This document shows, in pieces, positions 1-9,553 of a stretch of 64,000 nt of DNA. The translations under genes and the position numbers were made by a program. Location: positions 9,411-73,410 of the forward strand of contig JBFYWB010000062.1 in NCBI GenBank assembly GCA_041299015.1, given 5' to 3'. Under the pieces are notes generated by a model, which saw only the letters and a program-made list of their open reading frames with translations, was not told the DNA's origin and ran no database searches. The DNA comes from Deltaproteobacteria bacterium (GTDB taxonomy: Bacteria > Desulfobacterota > Desulfobacteria > Desulfobacterales > SG8-13). Position 1 is the stretch's first letter, and every line of letters begins with the position of its first letter.

Positions 1-546
1 GAAAACCAAGGCGTTCCGCGACACTTCTTTGTGCTCAGAGAGCCAATCGAACTGGTCGATGGAGAAAAATCCGTCACCGCCTTCCCGTCGGACACTTTCA
101 GTATAGCCTGCACCATCGATTTCGATCACCCCCTGATCGGGCGCCAATCTCTGGCCATCGACGTGACCGACAAGGTTTTTGCCACCGAAATCAGCTCCGC
201 TCGGACCTTTGGATTCCTGCAGGAAGTGGAGTATATGAAACGCCATGGACTGGCATTGGGCGGCTCTCTCGACAATGCGGTGGTTATCGACGGGAATCGC
301 GTCATCAACCCGGGCGGCTTGCGGTTTCCAGATGAATTCGTTCGCCACAAGATCCTGGATTGTCTCGGAGATTTCTCTCTGTTGGGTATGCCGATCCTCG
401 GACATCTGGTCGTCGTCAAGTCCGGCCATGCATTCAACCACGCCTTTCTTGAAAAATTCTTTTCCTGCAAGGAATCCTGGGAAACCCGTTGGGTTCCCGT
501 ACCCACTCCGCTTCGCCCTGCACAGCCAAAATCGATTGCAATATAA
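1..546 (+). CDS. lpxC: UDP-3-O-acyl-N-acetylglucosamine deacetylase, C-terminal part (5' end lies upstream of the window)
   Basis: Frame 1 is open from base 1 to the stop at 544-546. The translation carries LpxC C-domain signatures (TFGFLQEVEYMKRHGLALGGSLDNAVVID, FVRHKILDCLGDFSLLG, KSGHAFNHAFL). Confidence 0.9.
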   Translation, partial: ENQGVPRHFFVLREPIELVDGEKSVTAFPSDTFSIACTIDFDHPLIGRQSLAIDVTDKVFATEISSARTFGFLQEVEYMKRHGLALGGSLDNAVVIDGNRVINPGGLRFPDEFVRHKILDCLGDFSLLGMPILGHLVVVKSGHAFNHAFLEKFFSCKESWETRWVPVPTPLRPAQPKSIAI

Positions 547-649
547 ATAGGTTTTCGTTATATTCCAGGCATTGTTTCTGATTGGGGTATTGCGGAGGTG
601 CTTGCACGCCTTGACGACTTAAGGTTTAGTCTACGGCAGGGGATATTTT

Positions 650-1210
650 ATGGGCCACAAAGTCGGCATTATCTTTATCGTGGCGGTCTGCCTACTATGG
701 TCCGCCGTTGAGCCTGTGGTTGCCGAGGAAGCCCGATTGACGCGCATGACCGTTTCCAACACGCGTGACGATCTCCTTTTGTACCTCACCATGGAAGGCG
801 CCTTCACCGGAAAACTCAAAGAAGCCATCTACAGTGGTGTTCCGGCAACGTTTGTTTTCTACATCAGTCTCTTGCGCGTCCGCAATTGGTGGGCCGATAA
901 AAAAATCGCCGATATCAAATTGACCCACACGATCAAATACAACAATCTGAAGAAGGAATTCACGGTCAAGCGATCGTGGAAAGAAGCTGATCCCGTAGTC
1001 ACCCATTCTTTTTTACAGGCCCAGCAATGGATGGCAGAAGTCGAAGCCCTGAGCGTGTATCCATTGAGGGAACTGGAAAAGGGCCGCCAGTACCAAATTC
1101 GGACAATGGCAGAGGTCAGCAAGCTAACCTTACCGCTCTATCTTCATTACATACTCTTTTCATTGTGGGATGTCGAAACCGATTGGTATACGATCGATTT
1201 CATTTATTAA
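650..1210 (+). CDS. DUF4390-like secreted protein
   Basis: ATG start preceded by a GGGGA RBS, with an N-terminal signal-like hydrophobic segment (IIFIVAVCLLWSAV). Size and position directly upstream of an NtrY-type kinase match the DUF4390-ntrY arrangement I recall from other proteobacteria. The family assignment is from memory. Confidence 0.6.
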   Translation: MGHKVGIIFIVAVCLLWSAVEPVVAEEARLTRMTVSNTRDDLLLYLTMEGAFTGKLKEAIYSGVPATFVFYISLLRVRNWWADKKIADIKLTHTIKYNNLKKEFTVKRSWKEADPVVTHSFLQAQQWMAEVEALSVYPLRELEKGRQYQIRTMAEVSKLTLPLYLHYILFSLWDVETDWYTIDFIY

Positions 1211-1263
1211 CTCCGAGATGATCGCGGATACCGGCATTCTGTGCTATTTCCCCCCTTTTTATC

Positions 1264-3504
1264 ATGGATGACACCAGCAGAACCAACAGGACCCTCTCAC
1301 TGACACCGGCCCAGGCCGACAGAAAGCGACGCAAGCGCGAAGGCGTGCTGATCTTCGTCATCACCATCGTCGTCGCCTTTCTGACGCTGGCCGAGTTCCG
1401 CGTCATTCAATTTGGATCGGATATACCGGTATCCAATACCGTCTTGATGTTCATTCTCATCAACATCAATCTGCTGCTGCTCATCCTGCTGATTTTTTTG
1501 GTCTTCCGCAACTTGGTCAAGCTGCTCTATGAGCGCAAACGCAATGTCATGGGCGCCCGGCTGCGCACCCGTTTGACGGTCGCCTTCATCGCACTGACGC
1601 TCCTGCCGACGATTGTCCTTTTTTTCTTTTCAATCAACTTCATCACCACCAGCCTCGAATTCTGGTTCAACGTTCCGGTGGAGCAAGCGCTGGAAAACTC
1701 TCTGACGGTCGGCCGCAGTGTCTACAAGCAGGCCGAGACCAACGGTCGGTTTCTGATTGAGCGGGCGGCGGTTCAGATCGCCAAGAAAGACCTCTTAATA
1801 CCGCAGAACATCGATGCGCTTTCCCGGTACACCCAGGTCCTCCAGCGCGAGTTCAATATTGCAGCGGCCGAGGTGTACGATGTCAATACCAAGCGTCTGA
1901 CCTTTTCGCTTTCCGAGGCGCTCGAAAACACGCCCTTCGGTACCGTTTCGACCGAAAAACTCCTGAAAGGCATCGTTCCGGAGAATATTTGGACCCTTTC
2001 GGAGTATATTCCAAAGGGGGAGTTGATCCGAATCGTGGGAACTATTCCCTTCGGAGTGGCACGTGATCAGGTCAAGGGATTTCTGTGCCTTTCGATCCTG
2101 CTGGTGCCGGACATCTCTCAGAGCATGAAGTCAATTACGCGTGGTTTTGAAGAATATCAACAGATAAAACTGCTCAAAAAGCCGATTCAGAACACCTATT
2201 ACATCGTTTTATCGATTGTGGCCCTCTTGGTTCTTTTCTGTGCTATCTGGTTCGGTTTTTATCTCGCCCGCTCCATCAGCATTCCCATCAAGGAGTTGGC
2301 CGAAGGCACCCGTCGGGTGGCTGAGGGGGAGCTGAGTTTTACAATCGAACCGGTTGCGGACGATGAGATCGGAAGCCTGGTCGAATCTTTCAACAAAATG
2401 ACGCGAGATTTGCGCATCAGCAGGGAACAACTGGAACTCTCCGCGCACATGCTCCAACAGCAAAACGTCGAAATCGAGGAGAAACGGCAGTACATGGAAA
2501 TCGTTTTGAAAAATGTCTCTGCCGGCGTGATTACGCTCGATGCCGGCGGCATCATCAAGACGATCAACACCTCGGCGGCGCGAATGCTCGGGCTCAGAAT
2601 CGACGAAGCTCTTCATCACAGTTACGAACACCTGCTGGACGGCCAGTTCCACGGTTTGGCCCGTGAAGTAATGAACAGCCTGTCACTTTCAAAAGACGAT
2701 GCCCTCCAACTGCCGTTGCGGTTGATCATCGATGGGCGGCCGCGCAGCTTCCTGACCCACGTTAATGCGCTCAAGGACGACGCCGGCAGTCCGATGGGCA
2801 TCGTGATGGTGTTCGATGATCTCACGGAGATGGAGAGAGCGCAGCGGATAGTTGCCTGGCGCGAGGTGGCTCGCCGAATTGCGCATGAAGTTAAAAATCC
2901 GCTGACCCCGATCACGCTCTCAGCCCAACGGCTCAACCGGAAATTCGCCAAAGATCACGAAGACCCGGTTTTTGACGAATGCATCCGAATGATCATCGAT
3001 CACGTGGAATTGATTCGCAACTTGGTTAACGAGTTTTCCGCATTTGCTAAATTTCCAAGCGTCGATCTCAAACCCTGCGAACTGCTGCCCATCATAGAGG
3101 AAACCGTAGCGCTTTACAGAGAAGGGTATCCTGATATCCATTTCGAAACCGGGCTGACCGACACCGTTCCGACCATGAACCTGGATCGTAAACAGATTAA
3201 ACAGGCCATGATCAATCTTCTGGAAAACGCCATTGCGGCCATCAAGGGCCGGGGTGAAATTGCGATCGCGCTGACCCATGATTCAATTTTGAATCGCGTC
3301 CGCATCGAAGTGGCCGACAACGGGTCGGGTATCTCGGATGCCGACAAAACCCGGCTGTTCGAACCGAACTTTTCCACCAAAAAGGCTGGTATGGGGCTGG
3401 GACTGACGATCGTCAGCACGATTGTCGGCGACCACAACGGTGTGATCAGCGTCCAGAATCATCAGCCCCAAGGGGCAAAATTCGTGATCGAATTGCCGGT
3501 TTGA
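1264..3504 (+). CDS. NtrY-like membrane sensor histidine kinase (multi-TM, HAMP, PAS, HisKA, HATPase)
   Basis: N-terminal hydrophobic helices, a HAMP-like segment (IPIKELAEGTRRVAEGELSF), an H-box (IAHEVKNPLTPI) and N/G boxes (NLLENAIAA, DNGSGI, GMGLGLTIV). Confidence 0.9.
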   Translation: MDDTSRTNRTLSLTPAQADRKRRKREGVLIFVITIVVAFLTLAEFRVIQFGSDIPVSNTVLMFILININLLLLILLIFLVFRNLVKLLYERKRNVMGARLRTRLTVAFIALTLLPTIVLFFFSINFITTSLEFWFNVPVEQALENSLTVGRSVYKQAETNGRFLIERAAVQIAKKDLLIPQNIDALSRYTQVLQREFNIAAAEVYDVNTKRLTFSLSEALENTPFGTVSTEKLLKGIVPENIWTLSEYIPKGELIRIVGTIPFGVARDQVKGFLCLSILLVPDISQSMKSITRGFEEYQQIKLLKKPIQNTYYIVLSIVALLVLFCAIWFGFYLARSISIPIKELAEGTRRVAEGELSFTIEPVADDEIGSLVESFNKMTRDLRISREQLELSAHMLQQQNVEIEEKRQYMEIVLKNVSAGVITLDAGGIIKTINTSAARMLGLRIDEALHHSYEHLLDGQFHGLAREVMNSLSLSKDDALQLPLRLIIDGRPRSFLTHVNALKDDAGSPMGIVMVFDDLTEMERAQRIVAWREVARRIAHEVKNPLTPITLSAQRLNRKFAKDHEDPVFDECIRMIIDHVELIRNLVNEFSAFAKFPSVDLKPCELLPIIEETVALYREGYPDIHFETGLTDTVPTMNLDRKQIKQAMINLLENAIAAIKGRGEIAIALTHDSILNRVRIEVADNGSGISDADKTRLFEPNFSTKKAGMGLGLTIVSTIVGDHNGVISVQNHQPQGAKFVIELPV

Positions 3505-3581
3505 CCGGTTGCGGTTCCCCAATCGATCGGCAACGGAAGTTCAAATTCAGCGCCCGAAAACTTTATTGAGGAGTTCAAAGC

Positions 3582-4940
3582 ATGAATCCGTCCATTTTGA
3601 TTGTTGATGACGAACCGTCGATTCTGCAGTCTCTGGCAGGGCTTCTGATCGACGAGGGCTTTGACGTGCATACCGCATCCAACGGCTACGAGGCGCTCAA
3701 AACAATTGAAAGCGAATCTCCCGACCTCGTGCTCCTGGATATCTGGATGCCGGGCCTGGACGGTATCGACACCTTGCAGGAAATCAAAAAGAACAACCCC
3801 TTCATCCAGGTGATTATCATCACTGGACACGGGACGATCGAAACGGCCGTGAAGGCTACCAAAATGGGCGCCTATGACTTGATCGAAAAGCCGCTCTCCA
3901 TCGACAAGATTATTCTCGCGATCAACAACGCTTTGAATTATCGCCGACTCGAAGAAGAGAACCGTTATTTGCGCAAAAAAATGATCGAGAAGAATTCCAT
4001 CAGCGGGAACAGCCCGCCGATACAGTTACTGAAAAAGCAGGTTGCCGTGGCCGCCCCGACGGACACTTGGATTCTGATTAAGGGGGAAAACGGTACCGGC
4101 AAGGAGCTCGTGGCCCGTACGATCCATCAGCTCAGTCGACGTGTCGACCAGCCCTTGATCACCGTAAACTGTGCCGCCATCCCGGAGGAGCTTATCGAGA
4201 GCGAACTGTTCGGACATGAAAAGGGCGCCTTTTCTGGTGCGGCCGCGAAGAAAAGAGGAAAATTCGAACTGGCCAACGGTGGCACGATATTCCTGGATGA
4301 AATCGGCGACATGAGCCTGAAGACGCAGTCAAAAATGCTGCGCGTACTCGAGGAACAGAAGTTCAACCGTCTGGGAGGCAATCGCACCATCACGGTGGAT
4401 GTCCGCGTCATTGCCGCCACAAACAAAGAGCTCGAAAAAGAAATTGAAAAAGGCTTATTCAGAGAGGATTTGTTCTATCGCCTGAACGTGGTGCCGATCG
4501 AGGTGCCGGCACTGAGGAGCCGATTCGAGGACATCCCATTGCTGGTCGATATCTTCTTCGATGAATTTGCGAAACAAGCCCAAAAGAAAAAAAAGAAGAT
4601 GTCGCCCGGTGCGCTCGACCGGCTTCGCCATTACGCTTGGCCGGGAAACGTTCGGGAATTGAAGAATTTGGTGGAACGCCTGGCCATAATGGTTGAAAAA
4701 GAAACGATTGATGTTGGAGACCTCCCCGAACCATATACACCAGCAGTCGGTCTCGAAGCGGTTCTCGGTGAACCTGAACTGCTGGCCATCGACAATTTGA
4801 AAGAAGCCAAGAAGGTTTTTGAGAGAGAATACATCCAGAAGAAGCTCGAAGAAAACGAAAACAATATAACCAGGACTGCAGAAATTCTCGGTGTCGGACG
4901 CAGCTTCCTACATAAAAAAATTAAAGAGATCACCAAGTAA
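3582..4940 (+). CDS. sigma-54-dependent (NtrC/NtrX-family) response regulator
   Basis: Receiver domain (LIVDDEPSI, DLVLLDIWMPGLDG), AAA+ Walker A (GENGTGKE), a GAFSGA loop, a C-terminal Fis-type HTH (ITRTAEILGVGRSFLHKKIK), and a GAGGAG RBS. Confidence 0.9.
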   Translation: MNPSILIVDDEPSILQSLAGLLIDEGFDVHTASNGYEALKTIESESPDLVLLDIWMPGLDGIDTLQEIKKNNPFIQVIIITGHGTIETAVKATKMGAYDLIEKPLSIDKIILAINNALNYRRLEEENRYLRKKMIEKNSISGNSPPIQLLKKQVAVAAPTDTWILIKGENGTGKELVARTIHQLSRRVDQPLITVNCAAIPEELIESELFGHEKGAFSGAAAKKRGKFELANGGTIFLDEIGDMSLKTQSKMLRVLEEQKFNRLGGNRTITVDVRVIAATNKELEKEIEKGLFREDLFYRLNVVPIEVPALRSRFEDIPLLVDIFFDEFAKQAQKKKKKMSPGALDRLRHYAWPGNVRELKNLVERLAIMVEKETIDVGDLPEPYTPAVGLEAVLGEPELLAIDNLKEAKKVFEREYIQKKLEENENNITRTAEILGVGRSFLHKKIKEITK

Positions 4941-4956
4941 ACCTGCTTCTCGGCGG

Positions 4957-5529
4957 GTGCAGGGAAACATCTATTTGCGCATTGTCGGCGGAAACCTGAG
5001 AGGAAAAAAACTGGCTTCTTTGAGCGGCGCCGAAATTCGGCCGACAGCCGACCGGCTGCGCGAGTCGATATTCAATATCATCGCCGCACGGGTTCCGAGT
5101 GCCGTGGTGCTGGACCTGTTTGCCGGAACCGGCGCCTTCGGCATCGAAGCGTTGAGCCGCCGTGCCCGTGCGGCCGTTTTCATCGATAACAGCCGTTCGG
5201 CTGTAACCATCATCAATCGCAATCTGGAGTGTTGCCGGCTTCTGGACCGGGCACGGGTCATCCTCTGGGATGTCACCCGCGATCTTGGCTGCATTACAAT
5301 ATCTCAGCCAAAGTTTGATCTTGTTTTCCTAGACCCGCCTTACAACCGAGGCCTTGTCCGCGATGGATTGAATCTCTTCCGGCGCAGTCCGATCCTGGCG
5401 CCCGGCCACCGTCTGATTCTCGAACACTCTCTGCGCGAGCCACTTCCGCTTGCTCTTGACGGCTTCATCCTTCACGACCAGAGACGCTACGGAAAAACCC
5501 TTGTTTCATTTTTAGAATCTGTGTTATGA
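4957..5529 (+). CDS. rsmD: 16S rRNA (guanine966-N2)-methyltransferase RsmD
   Basis: LRIVGGNLRGKKL, the SAM motif DLFAGTGAFGIEALSRRA and the DPPY motif (DLVFLDPPY). The ORF opens at 4891 and would overlap the upstream gene by 50 nt. The in-frame GTG at 4957 gives a typical ~190 aa product, but the start remains uncertain. Confidence 0.85.
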   Translation: MQGNIYLRIVGGNLRGKKLASLSGAEIRPTADRLRESIFNIIAARVPSAVVLDLFAGTGAFGIEALSRRARAAVFIDNSRSAVTIINRNLECCRLLDRARVILWDVTRDLGCITISQPKFDLVFLDPPYNRGLVRDGLNLFRRSPILAPGHRLILEHSLREPLPLALDGFILHDQRRYGKTLVSFLESVL

Positions 5530-5611
5530 ACGCTCCGCACAAGCGGAGACTCCGGAACCTCTGTGATGCCGGCAGAAGGATTCGTTTGCGGAATTATGCG
5601 ACAGGTGATGG

Positions 5612-6106
5612 ATGGGGGCGATGGCGAGAATTGCGATATATCCGGGCTCTTTTGATCCGGTTACCAATGGTCATCTGGACATCGTCAGACGAGGATTGAA
5701 ATTGTTCGATAAAATCATCGTCACCATTTTGTGCAACCCTGGAAAGGAAGCGCTTTTTTCAGTGGAGGAACGCCTGGACATGCTCCGGGAGAGCATGAAG
5801 AGTCTAGTGCATATCGAAATCGACCGCTTCGACGGTCTTTTGGTGGATTATGCAGCCAAGCGCAAGGCCCAAGCGATTCTACGCGGAATGCGTGCCGTTT
5901 CGGATTTCGAATACGAGTTTCAGATGGCGCTTATGAACCGTCGCCTCGATCGTGAAATTCAGACGGTTTTTTTGATGACCGGCCTGCGGTGGATATTTAC
6001 CAGCTCCTCCATTATCAAGGAAGCGGCCCGGTTCGGCGGCAATATCGAAGGCATGGTGCCGCCGTTCGTGCTCGAAAAACTTAAAATCAAGTTCGGACGA
6101 AAGTAG
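5612..6106 (+). CDS. coaD: phosphopantetheine adenylyltransferase
   Basis: IAIYPGSFDPVTNGHLDIVRRG (T/HxGH nucleotidyltransferase motif) and ~160 aa length. An alternative ATG lies at 5621. Confidence 0.95.
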   Translation: MGAMARIAIYPGSFDPVTNGHLDIVRRGLKLFDKIIVTILCNPGKEALFSVEERLDMLRESMKSLVHIEIDRFDGLLVDYAAKRKAQAILRGMRAVSDFEYEFQMALMNRRLDREIQTVFLMTGLRWIFTSSSIIKEAARFGGNIEGMVPPFVLEKLKIKFGRK

Positions 6107-6175
6107 CACGGACTTAGACGGAGGATCCGCCACGGATGCATTTCGGTTTTCTTCCGCTATGCCCTGTCTGATCTC

Positions 6176-7087
6176 ATGGACCTCTGGCAGCTTACCATTT
6201 TTTGTAAAATTGTCGAACAGCGCAGTTTTTCGAAGGCCGGAAAACTGGTCCACCTGTCGCAACCGACGGTCAGCAGCCACATCAAGGATCTGGAAAGTCA
6301 TTTCGGCTGCCGCTTGATCGATCGGTTGGCCAAGGAGACCGTTCCCACCAAGGAAGGTGAACTTCTCTATCACTATGCCCTGCGGCTGATTGCATTGAGG
6401 GACGAAGCCGAAAAGGCCCTCAGCCGATTCAAGGGCGCCGTGGAAGGCCATCTGGCCATTGGGGGCAGCACCATTCCCGGCGGCCATATTCTTCCGCGGG
6501 TTACGGCCGGCTTTCTGGAAAAATACCCGCATGTTTTTGTAGCCCTCAAGGTAGCCGGCACGGGGGAAATCGTCAGCGATATTCTCTCCGGTGAGCTCGA
6601 ATTTGGGGTAGTCGGTGCCCGAACGGCCGACGGTAAACTGGAACAACAGGTCTTGGTGGAGGACGAAATGCGGTTGATCGTTCCGGATGATCACCGCTGG
6701 CGCGACAAAACCGGCGTCACCTTGGACCTGCTGCTCCAAGAGCGCTTGATCGTGCGCGAATCGGGTTCCGGGACTTTGAAATCGATTGAAGTCAGCCTGC
6801 GAAAAAAGGGCCGTCGGCTGAAAGACTTCCATGTCGTTGCCGAATTCGGCAGCACGGAAGCGGTCGTCCAGGCAGTTAAGCGTAAAATCGGACTGTCAAT
6901 CGTCTCGCCGATTGCGGTCATCGAACACCTGCAATCCGGGACGCTCAAAGCTCTGCGAATTGATGACCTGAATCTCAAGCGCAATTTTTATCTGACCCGC
7001 CACAAACACCGCAGCCTCTCCCCACCGGGCCATGCCTTTGTAACCCACCTGTTGAAAGCCGCGGCCGAAGAGAACCTGTTTTTGTAA
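6176..7087 (+). CDS. LysR-family transcriptional regulator (CysL/YeiE-like)
   Basis: N-terminal wHTH (FCKIVEQRSFSKAGKLVHLSQPTVSSHIKDLE), followed by a LysR substrate-binding domain (GHLAIGGSTIPG, GELEFGVVGA). Confidence 0.85.
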   Translation: MDLWQLTIFCKIVEQRSFSKAGKLVHLSQPTVSSHIKDLESHFGCRLIDRLAKETVPTKEGELLYHYALRLIALRDEAEKALSRFKGAVEGHLAIGGSTIPGGHILPRVTAGFLEKYPHVFVALKVAGTGEIVSDILSGELEFGVVGARTADGKLEQQVLVEDEMRLIVPDDHRWRDKTGVTLDLLLQERLIVRESGSGTLKSIEVSLRKKGRRLKDFHVVAEFGSTEAVVQAVKRKIGLSIVSPIAVIEHLQSGTLKALRIDDLNLKRNFYLTRHKHRSLSPPGHAFVTHLLKAAAEENLFL

Positions 7088-7123
7088 GGATATCGGCAGA
7101 CAGACATTTTAATCAAAGATGGT

Positions 7124-7705
7124 TCAGAAAAAACGCTTGAGCACGACGAAGCTGGCAATTAACAAAACCGTAAAGGTCACGGCCAGAATGTTAAAATATC
7201 TATCGATAAAACTCTGGATGCGCGGACCGAACATATAGATCAATCCACCGACGAGAAAGAAACGGGCCGAGCGGGAGATAAGCGAGGCGAGAATAAAAAT
7301 TCCGAAATTGATCTCAAACATGCCGGCGGCAATAGTGAACACCTTGTATGGAATCGGGGTAAATCCGGCAATTCCGATCACCCACGCATCGTATGTCCGG
7401 TACAATGTGCCGATATGGTCGATTTTGTCGGTCAAACCGTAAAAAGCGATGATTTTTTCACCGATTCCCTGCATGAACTGCCAGCCGATCAAATAGCCGA
7501 AGCAGCCGCCGAGAACCGACCCTATTGATGAAATCATGGCAAATTTCAATGAGTTGCGAGGAACTGCAACGGCAAGCGCGATCAACAGGACATCCGGCGG
7601 AATCGGAAAAAAAGAAGACTCGCTGAAAGCGAGCAGAAAAAGCGCCCATGAACCGTAGGGCGTTTCGGCCCAATGCAGGACCCAATCGTAGAGTTTACGC
7701 AACAT
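7124..7705 (-). CDS. YqaA/DedA-superfamily membrane protein
   Basis: Polytopic hydrophobic protein with a YqaA-type N-terminus (YGSWALFLLAFSESSFFPIPPDVLLIALAV). Its start abuts the pcm stop. Confidence 0.75.
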   Translation of the reverse strand: MLRKLYDWVLHWAETPYGSWALFLLAFSESSFFPIPPDVLLIALAVAVPRNSLKFAMISSIGSVLGGCFGYLIGWQFMQGIGEKIIAFYGLTDKIDHIGTLYRTYDAWVIGIAGFTPIPYKVFTIAAGMFEINFGIFILASLISRSARFFLVGGLIYMFGPRIQSFIDRYFNILAVTFTVLLIASFVVLKRFF

Positions 7706-8368
7706 TCAGCGGTCGCTCCAGCCGTTTTCACCCATCAGCTTGACAAAGCGGCAGCCGCCCAGATTGCTGCGATGAATACCCTCCCGGCCTTTGAATATTT
7801 TAATTAATTCCTGTGAGTGCTGATCGCCGACCGGAACCACCATTCGTCCGTTTTCGGCCAGTTGGCTGATCAAAGAATCGGGAATGTGCGGGGCTCCGGC
7901 AGTGACGATGATGGCGTCGAATGGACTTTCCTCCAACCAACCGACGCTGCCGTCGCCGAAGCGCGTGATGATGTTGTGGTATCGGAGTTGGTCGAAGAGC
8001 CGACGGGCCTTTATCAGCAGTGAATGGATGCGCTCGATGGTGTAAACCCGATAGGCGATTTCCGCCAGGATGGCGGCTTGGTACCCCGAGCCGGTACCGA
8101 TTTCGAGCACCCGGTCTTTTTCCGAGAGTTGAAGCGCTTGGGTCATTTCGGCTACGATGAATGGCTGCGAAATGGTCTGCTGGTCCCCGATGGGAAGCGG
8201 GAAATCACCGTAAGCCTGGTCCCGCAACGCTTCACTGACAAAAAGATGGCGGGGCACTTTGCGCATGGCCGCCAGGACTCTCTGATCGGCGATGCCGCGG
8301 GTTTCAATCTGACGCCGGACCATTTCTTCGCGTTGGCGCTCGAATTTTGTCGATTCTTTCTCTATCAT
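7706..8368 (-). CDS. pcm: protein-L-isoaspartate O-methyltransferase
   Basis: QTISQPFIVAEM and the SAM motif VLEIGTGSGYQAAILA. The ~220 aa length is typical. Confidence 0.93.
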   Translation of the reverse strand: MIEKESTKFERQREEMVRRQIETRGIADQRVLAAMRKVPRHLFVSEALRDQAYGDFPLPIGDQQTISQPFIVAEMTQALQLSEKDRVLEIGTGSGYQAAILAEIAYRVYTIERIHSLLIKARRLFDQLRYHNIITRFGDGSVGWLEESPFDAIIVTAGAPHIPDSLISQLAENGRMVVPVGDQHSQELIKIFKGREGIHRSNLGGCRFVKLMGENGWSDR

Positions 8369-8595
8369 TTACGGCATCTAGTAAAAAAATCAACTCGGGT
8401 TGTTAGCGGCAAAAAACGTCCTCTCTCGATACCGCGATACGCGAAAGTGACCCTTTTTCTATCAGTTCCGACAGGTTGCGTCAAGAGTATAGCAGCGCAT
8501 CACCCGCAGCGCATAGCGAGCGGCGACGGCTGAACGAACGTTGCGCGAAGTGGTTTACGGAAAGCCATTTTGGGAAGGGGACGTTTAGTCCACTG

Positions 8596-8636
8596 GCTTA
8601 AACACACAGAGGCTGCCGACCTGCCGTCAGCCTCTG
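8596..8636 (-). terminator. candidate rho-independent terminator downstream of the cyclo-ligase gene
   Basis: Perfect 9-bp inverted repeat CAGAGGCTG / CAGCCTCTG (8607-8615 / 8628-8636) with a 12-nt loop. On the minus strand it is followed by TGTGTGTTTAAG. The U-tract is imperfect. Confidence 0.5.
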
Positions 8637-8667
8637 CTATTGCACTCCGGAAGCGGTCGGCATCATG

Positions 8668-9255
8668 TCATATTTTGTAAATGATGCGTTTGTCAGTGAT
8701 GATGATATCGACGTGCTTGTCGTGAGATTCGATCGGTGCTTGCGGAATGATTTGAATCTCCAGGGCCAGGGCCACCTTGCGGGTCGTTACCGGCAGGTGC
8801 GGGATGAGCCGGTCGTAATACCCGACTCCCAATCCGATTCTTCCGCCTTTTTCGTCGAAAGCGACTCCGGGTATGATGGCGATATCGATGCAGTCGATCG
8901 GCACGGTGCGGCATTTTTCAGGGTCCGGTTGCAGGATGCCGTTTGGGCCGGGTTTCAAGTCTCTTTCGAAGTGGTCAATTTTAAACAGCTTGAATTTCTT
9001 GGTTTCGGTTTTTACCAGAGGAAGAACGACGATCTTGTTGTGGTCGAAAGCCCGCCGGATAATCCCTGCGGACCTCACTTCGCTTTGATTATCGACATAC
9101 AGCAGGGCGATCTTGGCCTCGATAAAATTGGCGAAATCAAAAAGGCGGTTTTCAATCAAACTGGTTTTTTCAGCCAAGGCGCCTACAGAGAGTTTGGCGA
9201 TTGCCGCAGCGATTTCTTTTCTGATGTCGGCCTTGGTTTTCTGGATTTCTTCCAT
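8668..9255 (-). CDS. ygfA: 5-formyltetrahydrofolate cyclo-ligase (YgfA/MTHFS family)
   Basis: ~195 aa with family motifs (ALLYVDNQSEV, IAIIPGVAFDEKGGRIGLGVGYYDR). Confidence 0.88.
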   Translation of the reverse strand: MEEIQKTKADIRKEIAAAIAKLSVGALAEKTSLIENRLFDFANFIEAKIALLYVDNQSEVRSAGIIRRAFDHNKIVVLPLVKTETKKFKLFKIDHFERDLKPGPNGILQPDPEKCRTVPIDCIDIAIIPGVAFDEKGGRIGLGVGYYDRLIPHLPVTTRKVALALEIQIIPQAPIESHDKHVDIIITDKRIIYKI

Positions 9256-9259
9256 AACT

Positions 9260-9520
9260 GGTATAACCTCGCCAGAATTGCATTGGGTGAAAGGTATTCT
9301 CGAAATGGGTCAACCTGTATTCATCATTGACTAAAGACGCAACCTCATGTTAGGTAACGATACCTTTGCCGATCGTTGCCCGAGGTCTGAGAGCAACGAC
9401 TAACCGTTTTTTAGCCCTGCCGAATCATGCGGTCCACAGCCACAGCCAATTGTGTCGATATTTCGAATGCAATTCGTAGCAGACAGCCACCACCAACACA
9501 AGAACATACCGAAAAAACTC
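9260..9520 (-). ncRNA. candidate structured RNA upstream of ygfA (possible 6S/SsrS-like RNA or a long structured ygfA leader)
   Basis: Long-range nested pairing on the minus strand. GGTATGTTCTTGT (near 9510) pairs with GCGAGGTTATACC (near 9260) using several G-U pairs, which favours the minus strand. GAATTGCATT pairs perfectly with AATGCAATTC, and CGAAAT pairs with ATTTCG. A putative promoter lies just upstream. 6S RNA genes often sit upstream of ygfA homologs. The ~250 nt length exceeds typical 6S, and no covariance-model test was possible. Confidence 0.3.
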
Positions 9521-9525
9521 AGGTA

Positions 9526-9553
9526 AGTATAAGGCCGATATGTTGGAAATCAA
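9526..9553 (-). promoter_or_regulatory. putative sigma-70 promoter reading toward ygfA
   Basis: Minus strand reads TTGATT, a 16-nt spacer, then TATACT. It overlaps the first codons of serS on the opposite strand. Confidence 0.35.

Noticed and set aside
5879-6832. 317-aa ORF antisense to coaD and the LysR gene
   Set aside because: The opposite strand encodes proteins with unambiguous motifs (the LysR wHTH and the CoaD TNGH motif). The antisense translation is Arg/Gly/Ala-biased with no recognisable domain. This is typical of a shadow ORF in GC-rich DNA.
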